DNA from: Candidatus Eiseniibacteriota bacterium
Lineage (GTDB): Bacteria; Eisenbacteria; RBG-16-71-46; DASYSL01
Assembly: GCA_046598045.1 (NCBI GenBank)
Contig: JBKJJJ010000077.1
Span: 1-47,537, forward strand
Reading direction: 5' to 3'
Length of the DNA stretch: 47,537 bases
The translations under genes were made by a program, and so were the position numbers. How positions within the stretch are numbered: the stretch's first letter is position 1; each line of letters begins with the position of its first letter. A model generated the notes under the pieces. It had not been told where the DNA came from. It searched no databases and saw only the letters and a program-made list of their open reading frames with translations. Positions 17,791-25,583 of the stretch are shown one piece after another.

Positions 17791-18348
17791 TCAGCGATCC
17801 AGACCTGCCTGCTCCGGATCCAGGACGATCCGGATGCGCTCGAGACGGAGAGCGAGGTTCTCGTCGAACCGACCCTCCTTCACTGCGCCCCGCAGCGATC
17901 GCTCGCTGCCGGTGACCAACTGCCCCTTCCAGGGCTGGCTCGTCGGGCCGGGGCCCGCGCCGTCTTCCTCAGTAGCCTCGTCCAGCCGCGCGAGGAACTC
18001 GATCAGCAGTTTCTGCGTCCCGGTTCCCAGCGCCTCGAGGTCGTCGAGGAAGAGCGTTCCGTGTTCCAGCCGTTGCAGGAGACGGGGGGAATCTCCCGCG
18101 ACCGACCCGGCGAGCCAGCTCTCGAGCGCCTGTGCAAGGAGGGTCTCGTCCTGCGCGGCTTGGATCCTCAGAAAGGGCCCGTCCGCTCCCCGGTGCGCGC
18201 GATGCAGCGCCCGGGCGACGCTCTCTCGTTCTCCAGCACTCTTCCCGATCACCAAGGCGGCTGCTCCGCGGCCCAACCCCGTGATCGGATCCAAACCCGA
18301 TGTCGACTCGATCGCCCCTGCCGCTCGTGGCGCCCGACGTTCCCCCAT
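17791..18348 (-). CDS. Stand-alone degenerate sigma54-activator AAA+ domain protein (185 aa)
   Basis: GGAGG RBS ahead of the ATG at 18348. Retains VARALH…GPF, GTLFLDD, TQKLL, L…V.EGRF..L..RL, but Walker A is GKSAGERES and there is no GAFTGA loop, HTH or sensor domain. Confidence 0.7.
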   Translation of the reverse strand: MGERRAPRAAGAIESTSGLDPITGLGRGAAALVIGKSAGERESVARALHRAHRGADGPFLRIQAAQDETLLAQALESWLAGSVAGDSPRLLQRLEHGTLFLDDLEALGTGTQKLLIEFLARLDEATEEDGAGPGPTSQPWKGQLVTGSERSLRGAVKEGRFDENLALRLERIRIVLDPEQAGLDR

Positions 18349-18404
18349 CGAGAACCTCCGTTGCCGGATCCCGGGCCTTCCCTGGCAGAACCCGGATGTT
18401 GGCC

Positions 18405-18587
18405 CTACAGCGCGGACGAGACGATACCGAGACCCAACACCACCGCCTGGCTCAGGAAGTCGCCGAGACTGGCGAGTCCGAGCGGGCCGGGGTCGGGGTT
18501 GTACGTGCCATCCGCACGTGCCGCCGGTGCCGTACCCACGAGCAGCAACGCCAGAGACGCGGTGACAAAAAGACGCTGGAACTTCAT
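18405..18587 (-). CDS. Small secreted propeptide (60 aa)
   Basis: GGGAGG RBS (18599-18594); Sec-type signal MKFQRLFVTASLALLLVGTAPAARA|; mature part DGTYNPDPGPLGLASLGDFLSQAVVLGLGIVSSAL. Confidence 0.75.
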   Translation of the reverse strand: MKFQRLFVTASLALLLVGTAPAARADGTYNPDPGPLGLASLGDFLSQAVVLGLGIVSSAL

Positions 18588-18649
18588 TACTTACCTCCCG
18601 GCTTTTGGTCGTTTCGAGGGGCCTCTTCGCCGACTCGAAACCCAGGAGT

Positions 18650-18690
18650 AGCGTCTGTCGTGCCATGCTCCTATGCGAGGGGAGTGCCAA
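18650..18690 (-). promoter_or_regulatory. Two tandem sigma54-like -24/-12 promoters
   Basis: TTGGCAC-TCCCC-TCGCA (18690-18674) and TGGCAC-GACAG-ACGCT (18665-18650). GG-N10-GC spacing is intact in both. Confidence 0.6.
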
Positions 18691-18851
18691 TTTTTCGGCT
18701 GTCGGAATGGTTTCTATAAACGATTGTAGGAGAAGAGCTTGCGAGCTTGGAATTCATTCCGGATTCGGGCCGAAAAGGTTGCTGAATTGCGCAGTGATCG
18801 GGGATCCTGAGTGCTCAAGTCGCTCAACTTGCATTGCAAGATGCAATTAGC

Positions 18852-18882
18852 AATGCGCAATAAAATGCGCAGACAATGCGCA
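18852..18882. promoter_or_regulatory. Candidate upstream activator sequence: 3 x AATGCGCA
   Basis: AATGCGCA at 18852, 18864 and 18875, about 160-190 bp upstream of the sigma54-like promoters in an AT-rich spacer. Confidence 0.55.
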
Positions 18883-18896
18883 GATTGACGTAACGA

Positions 18897-21800
18897 CTAA
18901 GGCTTGCTGCGGGTTGGGCGACCCCGTTTGGGCTGCTGTCCTGGAGGGCTCTTGATGTCGTGGGTGCGCATCTTCGCCCGCAGGGTCGACTCTGAAAGGC
19001 CGAGTGCTCCTGCGGCGCGTCTCTGATTCCAACTCGCCTGCTCCAGTCCCTGCACCAAGACCGTGCGTTCAAAATCCCGAACTCCGGTCCGGAGTTCCTT
19101 CCCAGCGCCGTTTCCGGGGGAGTCGGCTCGATCTCCGATGGAAGTCTCGGTCCCAGAAGTGGATTGGCGTGGTCCCGCAGGCTCGCCTGAACGGAGGACC
19201 GGCTCGAGTTGGGGTCCCCGCGACTCGAGCACGCAGTTCTCCACGTAGTTCCTGAGGTCGCGCACATTGCCGGGCCAGGGGTCGTTGAGGATCACACTCA
19301 TGAACCGCGGCGAAATTCGGGGCACAGGAAGCCCGTTCTCTGCGCAGAACTTCTGGAGAAAGTGCTCTGCCAGGATCGGGATGTCGACTGGGCGCTCCCT
19401 GAGCAAGGGGAGGCGAATCTCGTGCCCGTGGAGCCGAAAGAAGAGGTCGCTGCGGAATGCTCCGTCTTGCATGAGCTGGCGCAGGTCCTGGTTCGTCGCC
19501 GAGATCAGCCGAAAATCCGTCCGGATCACGCGCGTGCCGCGTACGGGGGTGAACTCCCGCTCCTCGAGGACACGGAGGAGCTTGATCTGGACATCGAGTG
19601 GCATGTCGCCGATTTCATCGAGGAACAGGGTTCCTCCGTTGGCTCGCTCGAAGAAACCGTGATGCTCAGTCACATTGCTGGCGGCTCCCGACACGATCCC
19701 GAAAAGTTCCACCTCCAGCAGATCCTTGTTGATCGCTCCGCAGTTGACCGCGACGAAGGGCTGTTCCGCGCGTGGCGACTCGTAGTGGATGTGCTTGGCG
19801 ATCAGCTCCTTGCCCGTCCCAGTGGCCCCGGCGATATGCACGCTGATGCGTGACATCGCGAACCGCTCCGCTTCGTCGAGAACCCGTTCCATCTGGGCGC
19901 TCTGCGCGATGATGTTCGGTCGGGCGAACTTCTTGGAGACGTCCTGCCGCAGGCTCAGGTTCTCGCGAATCACGCGCTCCCTGGAGCGCTTGAGCTCATC
20001 ATGCAATCGCCCATTTTCGATCGCGACCGCGACCAAATGGGCAAATGACTCGAGAAGATCGCGGTCGTCCACGGAGAACTGCCCCGTGTGGACTCGGCTC
20101 TCGAGGTAGATCGTCCCGATCACCCGGTCGCGAAGCCGGAGCGGGATGCAAAGCAAGGATCTCACGGCGAGATCGAGCAGGCTTTGCGTGGAGCCGAGCC
20201 GCGGATCTTCTCCCGCGTCGTCGGTCAGGAAAGTCTCGCCCGTGCGGGCCACGCGTTTCACGATCGTGCGACTGACTTCGTGCGCCGTAGACCGCGAAGC
20301 CTCATCCACGTTGCCGCAAGCCGCGACGACTCGAAGGCCGGAGTCGCCTTCCTCGTGGAGGAGAATGAACCCGCGGTCGGCACCAACCGTCTCGGCAGCC
20401 AGGTCCAGCGATCGCTGAAGCAAGGTCGGAAACTCCTGCAACGAATTCATCAGCTCGATGGCGCGAGGAAGAAACTCGGACTCGGCCACCGGGGATGATG
20501 TCTGGATGGGCGCAGCTGCGAGTCGATCCTCCGCGATTCGCCTCGACCAGCCCTGGATTCCGCAGCGCTGAGCAAGGGTGTGCGCAGCCTTCAAGAGGCG
20601 TTCTGCTGCAGGCGGATCCATCGTCTGGAGTGCCCGCCCCAGGTTCCACGCGGCTTGAATTTCTCGAGGAGCGAGGTCTAGCGAACGTAGGCCAGCGAGG
20701 ACCGATGCCATTTTCAGCTCAGCATCCGCCGGTTGATTGCTGAGCGCCAACTCGTATGCATCAATTTCGGCGCAAGCGTGCGTGAAATCGGGGATCGCTG
20801 CGCCATGAGTCAGGCGGCCCAGCACCTCGCGGCCCTCGCGAATTTTAACGAGGCTTCGAGTCGCAAGGCCGATGCGCGCCAGACCAAGGCCCGCAGCCAG
20901 GAGAGTCGCTGGATCGCTACCCTGACGCCCGACCATGAATCGATACAGCCGGCCAGCTTGAGCAAAGCGCCCCTTTAGGAGAGCGATTTCGGCCAAGCCT
21001 CTAGCTGCGAGAGTCTCCGGGGTCACGAGTCGGGCTTTGCTCGACTCTTCCTTCGAGCGGAGAAGTCTACGCCAGGCGGCGCGTTCTTCCCCAAGCCAGG
21101 ACAGCGCGATGCCTGACTGCGCGGACCAATAGTATCTTTGCTCCAGGTTCTCAGCACCTGCGAGCCAAGGTCGTTCCCGCGCAATTGCATCGATTGCCGC
21201 AGGCAGATTGCCGCAGAGCAGGGAGCGGATCGTCCGTGAGTGGAGTGATCCTGCCTTTGCCGAGGGATTTCCCGAGTCCCGGCTGATTGCCTCCATCGCG
21301 TCTTCCGCCCTCATGCAAGCATTCCAGTCCCGCCTGTCGTAGGCCGAACCGAGCAGGACGCTCGTGAGGTAGTAGTGCTGCCGAGTTGTGCCGCGTTCTC
21401 CAATCCGGGCAAGGCCTGCACGACATTCGGCATCCGCCCGATCGAGATCACCTTCGATTCGATAACGGAGGGCCACGTTGCCTCGAACTCGCGCCTCAAG
21501 CTGCGGGTCGGGTTGCCCCACCGCCATTGCAAGGCATTGCTCCAGCAAGTCGGCGCCCTCTTCCTCCTGATTCGCTAGGTAGAGAGAGATTCCGAGTCGC
21601 ATCAATGCGAGCGTGCGCTCTTTGTGCTCCTGGGCTGGGAGGCTGTGAATCGCCTCTCGAAGGTCCGCAAGACCTTCGCCTTCCCTCTCGGTTCGGATCC
21701 GGCACCAGCCACGAATACTCAGCGCCCGGCCAACTGTAGCTGTAGAAATGCCGGTTCGGGAGCGCTCAGGGAGTACACGATCCAGAATCTGAAGGGTAGA

Positions 21801-23948
21801 CGCATACCTCCCCATGTTCATGAGCAGGTTTGCGTGCTCAACGGACCACTCTGCGCGGCGAAGGGCATCAGTGGGTGGCAAGAATTCAATGGCAGCCGTG
21901 AGCAGTTGTTCTGCGCGAACATTGGATTCCCGCTTGGCCCAGTCTCCGGAGATTGTGACTAGATCACTCGCGTGTTGCGCGTCACCCGGGTGACTGCACG
22001 CCATCAGTGCCTCGGTGGCCGATTCGGCCAAGACCTGATCGAAGTTGATGGCCGCTCGAATGCACCCGACCAGGCGGGTTCGTCCGGATGCATCTTCCCC
22101 GAGCGCGAGCTCGTGGTTCGCCAACGCGAGCTGGCACCACGCGCGAATGATCGGTTCGGCATCCGGAATCAGGTCGGGCCGCACCATCCTCGTTTCCAAC
22201 GCGTCGTGTAACGAGCGTCGAAGGGTTTGCAGCTCAGAGTACTCGCGATCTCCACGAAGGCTTCGAGCGAGCGCCTCAGGGACGATGCGTCGCCGACTTC
22301 CGTCGACTTGGAGGACTCCAGCCCATTCGAGCTCATCGATCCCGGCCACGAGCGCGGCCTCGCCGATACCCGCGGCGTGAGCGAGAACGGACAGAGCATC
22401 CGCGGGCGGCCAACAGGCTACGATGAAGCCCGCAACTCGCGCGGACGGACTGAGTCCGGCTGCGAGTGCCTCTCCCATGTCCTGCTTCACGGCACTCGGG
22501 TTCGCGTCCCCCGGCCCAATCTCCCTCGTCCGCCACCGATCCCCCTCGCGCACCAGCGCTCCGCTCGAGATCCAGCGATCGAGCTCGACCAGGATCGACC
22601 CCGGCAGCGAGCCGACGTGGGCAATCATCCTCTGCACGTCTTCGGGTGAGATCGATCCACCGAGCCGTTGCGCCGCGAACTGCTCGGCAGCAGCCGGCTC
22701 GAGTGGCCCGAGCGCGAACGGCGCGGGGGCGGGCGGGTCGTCCAGTGCGAGGAGGACCCGGTAGACGGTATCGCCCTCGGCGGGCCGGCGGCCCTGGATG
22801 AAGAGGAGTGCACCATCGAGCCCTGCGGCGAGGGCCCCGAGTGCCTGGGACGCGCTCTCGGGCCACGCATCGACATCGTCGGCGATCAGCAGGGTTTGGC
22901 CGGAGGGGGCCTGCGCCATCGCGGGAAGTCGGCTCGCGTCGAACCAGAGCACGTTCCAGCCCGCGAGTTCGGCCTCGATCGCGAGTTCGCGTGCGAGGCG
23001 TGTTCGCCCGGAACCGTGGGCCCCGAAAAGCGCGGCGGCGCACAGGCGGTCGCCGCCAAGCAGGTGGCGACGGAGGCCGGCGAGGGCGTCCTCGCGCCCG
23101 ACGAGCGGCCCGAATCCCCGCAACACGTCGTGCGTGCGCGCGGCGGCGCCCTGGGAACGCCGCGCGGCGAGCTCGCCGAGTTCGCTCGCGGCGCTCGCGC
23201 GGTGGCCCGGCTCGGTCGAGAGCAGTTGGAGGATCAGCGTCTGCAGCGGGGGCGGCACGTTGCTCGTGCGCAGTGGCAGGAGGGCGGGCGCGCCGCGCTC
23301 CTGCACCGCGAGGATCTCCGCGGGATCGCGACCCGGGAACGCCGGCCGGCCGGTGAGCACGCGATAGAGCGTGGCGCCGAGTGCGTAGTAGTCGGATTCG
23401 CGCGAGTAGGGGGCGTGCGCGAGGACCTCGGGCGCGACGTAGCCGGCGCGCCCTCGGACGCGCTCGCCCGCCTGGTCGTTCACGCGGCCGGCGAGCCCGA
23501 GGTCGAGGATCCGGGTGGTCGAGGAGCCATCGGCGTTCGCGACCACGCGCAGGTTCGAGGCGTGCAGGTCGCAGTGCAGGAGGCCGGCGGCGTGGAGGGC
23601 GGACAGCCCGGCGAGGACGTCGCGCATCGCGCGCAGGGCGCCCGCGACGTCCCCGGGCGCGATCGCCTCGTCGAGGGGCTTCCCCTCGAGGTGCTCCATC
23701 GTGAAGAACGGGCTGCCGTCCGGCAGCGTCCCGTAGTCGAAGACCTGGACGATGTGATCGTGGCGGATGCGCGCGAGGCGGGCGAACTCGTCCCGGATCA
23801 GAGCCTCGGCCTCGAGGCCCTTGAAGCGGAGCCGCTTGAGCGCGCGCAGCTCGCCGCCCTGCTGGTCCTTCACCAGGAAGACGTCGCTCATCCCGCCGGA
23901 TCCCAGCGGGCGCACGAGCTCGTAGCGATCGGGGAACTGTTCGGTCAT
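18897..23948 (-). CDS. Ser/Thr kinase - STAND-like NTPase - TPR-like - GAF - sigma54-interacting AAA+ - Fis HTH regulator (1683 aa)
   Basis: LGSGGMSDVF/ALK/HCDL/DLG/GYVAPE kinase; LVGRE…GAHGSGRT; long helical region; GAF (SLLCIPL…IGTIYLE); GATGTGKE, GGTLFLDEIGDMP, FRSDLFFRL, WPGNVRDL; WNQRRAAGALGLSESTL HTH. Confidence 0.9.
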   Translation of the reverse strand: MTEQFPDRYELVRPLGSGGMSDVFLVKDQQGGELRALKRLRFKGLEAEALIRDEFARLARIRHDHIVQVFDYGTLPDGSPFFTMEHLEGKPLDEAIAPGDVAGALRAMRDVLAGLSALHAAGLLHCDLHASNLRVVANADGSSTTRILDLGLAGRVNDQAGERVRGRAGYVAPEVLAHAPYSRESDYYALGATLYRVLTGRPAFPGRDPAEILAVQERGAPALLPLRTSNVPPPLQTLILQLLSTEPGHRASAASELGELAARRSQGAAARTHDVLRGFGPLVGREDALAGLRRHLLGGDRLCAAALFGAHGSGRTRLARELAIEAELAGWNVLWFDASRLPAMAQAPSGQTLLIADDVDAWPESASQALGALAAGLDGALLFIQGRRPAEGDTVYRVLLALDDPPAPAPFALGPLEPAAAEQFAAQRLGGSISPEDVQRMIAHVGSLPGSILVELDRWISSGALVREGDRWRTREIGPGDANPSAVKQDMGEALAAGLSPSARVAGFIVACWPPADALSVLAHAAGIGEAALVAGIDELEWAGVLQVDGSRRRIVPEALARSLRGDREYSELQTLRRSLHDALETRMVRPDLIPDAEPIIRAWCQLALANHELALGEDASGRTRLVGCIRAAINFDQVLAESATEALMACSHPGDAQHASDLVTISGDWAKRESNVRAEQLLTAAIEFLPPTDALRRAEWSVEHANLLMNMGRYASTLQILDRVLPERSRTGISTATVGRALSIRGWCRIRTEREGEGLADLREAIHSLPAQEHKERTLALMRLGISLYLANQEEEGADLLEQCLAMAVGQPDPQLEARVRGNVALRYRIEGDLDRADAECRAGLARIGERGTTRQHYYLTSVLLGSAYDRRDWNACMRAEDAMEAISRDSGNPSAKAGSLHSRTIRSLLCGNLPAAIDAIARERPWLAGAENLEQRYYWSAQSGIALSWLGEERAAWRRLLRSKEESSKARLVTPETLAARGLAEIALLKGRFAQAGRLYRFMVGRQGSDPATLLAAGLGLARIGLATRSLVKIREGREVLGRLTHGAAIPDFTHACAEIDAYELALSNQPADAELKMASVLAGLRSLDLAPREIQAAWNLGRALQTMDPPAAERLLKAAHTLAQRCGIQGWSRRIAEDRLAAAPIQTSSPVAESEFLPRAIELMNSLQEFPTLLQRSLDLAAETVGADRGFILLHEEGDSGLRVVAACGNVDEASRSTAHEVSRTIVKRVARTGETFLTDDAGEDPRLGSTQSLLDLAVRSLLCIPLRLRDRVIGTIYLESRVHTGQFSVDDRDLLESFAHLVAVAIENGRLHDELKRSRERVIRENLSLRQDVSKKFARPNIIAQSAQMERVLDEAERFAMSRISVHIAGATGTGKELIAKHIHYESPRAEQPFVAVNCGAINKDLLEVELFGIVSGAASNVTEHHGFFERANGGTLFLDEIGDMPLDVQIKLLRVLEEREFTPVRGTRVIRTDFRLISATNQDLRQLMQDGAFRSDLFFRLHGHEIRLPLLRERPVDIPILAEHFLQKFCAENGLPVPRISPRFMSVILNDPWPGNVRDLRNYVENCVLESRGPQLEPVLRSGEPAGPRQSTSGTETSIGDRADSPGNGAGKELRTGVRDFERTVLVQGLEQASWNQRRAAGALGLSESTLRAKMRTHDIKSPPGQQPKRGRPTRSKP

Positions 23949-23955
23949 GGGCGAG

Positions 23956-23978
23956 AGAATAGCGCAGGTTTTTGCGCA
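23956..23978 (-). promoter_or_regulatory. -10 box (TATTCT) adjoining a TGCGCA-N6-TGCGCT box
   Basis: TATTCT lies 7 nt before the regulator ATG; the box at 23961-23978 has the same half-sites and spacing as 18854-18871. Confidence 0.5.
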
Positions 23979-24034
23979 AGGATCTATAGACGACTCATAA
24001 CAGCATGATGCATATGCGTTTACAAGTTCTTGCG

Positions 24035-24071
24035 CAAAAACAAAAACCCGCCCGGCGTGAGGCCGGGCGGG
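24035..24071 (-). terminator. Rho-independent terminator of the ATPase gene
   Basis: CCCGCCCGGC-ctcac-GCCGGGCGGG followed by TTTTTGTTTTT on the minus strand. Confidence 0.85.
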
Positions 24072-24095
24072 CTCGAGGCGACTCCATCGCGAAGG

Positions 24096-25538
24096 CTAAC
24101 CGTCGATGAAGTAGGTCCGGCAGATGTGATCGAGCGCCTGCTGGGTGAGCACCGGCGGCTCCTCGTTGAAGCGCGCCAGGTCGATGACATGCTCGACCAG
24201 GTCACGCGGATGGCAGGCGCGCAGCGGCCGACGGTGGCGCTGGTAGTACTCGCGCAGGAGGTATTCCACCGCCTCAGGGTCGAAATTGACGCCCTTGGCC
24301 TCGCACACCATCTGGAAGATCTCGTGGTACTGGGACTCGGTCGGGTCATCGACGTGGATCTTGTAGCGGATGCGGCGCAGGAACGCCTCGTCCACCAGGT
24401 TCACCGGGTCGATGTTGGTCGCGAAGATCAGCAACTGGTCGAACGGCACCGAGAACTTCTGGCCCGTGTGCAGGGTCAGGAAGTCGATGCGCTTCTCGAG
24501 CGGCAGGATCCAGCGGTTCAGGAGGTCGCGCGGCGATACCTGCTGGCGGCCGAAGTCGTCGATGATGAACAGCCCGCCATTGGCCTTCACCTGCAGCGGG
24601 GCCTCGTAGAATTTCGAGACTTCGTCGAAGCGCAGGTCGAGCATGTTGAGCGTCAGTTCGCCGCCGACCTCGACGACCGGGCGCCGGCAGAACACCCAGC
24701 GCTGGTCATAGCTCATGCCGCCCTGCGTGATGTCCATGTCGCCGACACCGCGCGGCTTGGGCACGTCGATCGGCACGTGGTGCACGATGTCGAACACCTT
24801 GACCACCTGGTTGCCGACCGTGATCGCGTAGGGCACGTAGATGCCGCCATGCATCAGCTCGGAAAGGCTCTCGGCGATCGAGGTCTTTCCATTACCCGGG
24901 TCGCCGAACAGGAAGATCGACTTCCCTGAGTTCACGGCCGGACCGAGCTGCTCGAAGATGTTCTGCGGGATCACGAGGTGCGTGAACGCGGCGTCGATCT
25001 CCGAGCGTCGCACCACGAGGTTGCGCACCGTCTGGCGGGAGCACATCGCGAGGTAGGCTTCGATCGTGACCGGCGCGGGGCCGGCGTACGAGCTCTGTTC
25101 CATCATCTCGCGGGCGCGCTTGCGGCCTTCGTCCGTCAGGGCGTAGGTGTAGACGCCCTCGGAGATGCCGGCGCCCTTCTTGATCTCGCACAGCTTCTCG
25201 TCCTTGAGGAACCGGAGGATCGGCTGGAGGACCGCCTGGAAGGGCAGTTTCATCCGGTTCGCCAGGTCGTACCCGGCCAGAACACCGCCGTAGTACAGGT
25301 GCTTCATGGCGAGATCGATCAGAAATTCCTCGCTGATCCCGGTCTCGGCGGTGGACTTGGGCGGCGGCGGGGCCGTCTCGATGAACTGCTCGAATGCGCC
25401 GTGGCGCAAGTAGTTGAGCTTGACGAGGTTATCCCCGAGGCGACCGCCGGCCTCGCGCTGCAGGGCGAGGGCCTCCTGCAACTGCGATTCCGTCACAAGG
25501 TTCGCGTCGACAAGCATTTTGCCGATCTTGGATTCCAT
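24096..25538 (-). CDS. AAA+ ATPase with an N-terminal MshEN/GspE_N-like domain
   Basis: KIGKMLVDANLVTESQLQEALALQ…RLGDNLV N-terminus; GDPGNGKT Walker A; FIIDDFGRQ Walker B; DEAFLRRI arginine finger. Confidence 0.85.
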   Translation of the reverse strand: MESKIGKMLVDANLVTESQLQEALALQREAGGRLGDNLVKLNYLRHGAFEQFIETAPPPPKSTAETGISEEFLIDLAMKHLYYGGVLAGYDLANRMKLPFQAVLQPILRFLKDEKLCEIKKGAGISEGVYTYALTDEGRKRAREMMEQSSYAGPAPVTIEAYLAMCSRQTVRNLVVRRSEIDAAFTHLVIPQNIFEQLGPAVNSGKSIFLFGDPGNGKTSIAESLSELMHGGIYVPYAITVGNQVVKVFDIVHHVPIDVPKPRGVGDMDITQGGMSYDQRWVFCRRPVVEVGGELTLNMLDLRFDEVSKFYEAPLQVKANGGLFIIDDFGRQQVSPRDLLNRWILPLEKRIDFLTLHTGQKFSVPFDQLLIFATNIDPVNLVDEAFLRRIRYKIHVDDPTESQYHEIFQMVCEAKGVNFDPEAVEYLLREYYQRHRRPLRACHPRDLVEHVIDLARFNEEPPVLTQQALDHICRTYFIDG

Positions 25539-25583
25539 GCTCTCCTCGCCTTTCGGGCCTGCTGGCTTGCTTCCGGCCCGGCG

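Noticed and set aside
18349..18690. N-terminal extension making the degenerate AAA ORF 299 aa
   Set aside because: It runs through the promoter and the 60-aa peptide gene; a good RBS supports the ATG at 18348.
18700..18720. PafBC-type promoter (TGTCGG…TATAAA)
   Set aside because: Spacing is 9 rather than 10, the -10 lacks the final T, and no gene lies downstream on that strand.
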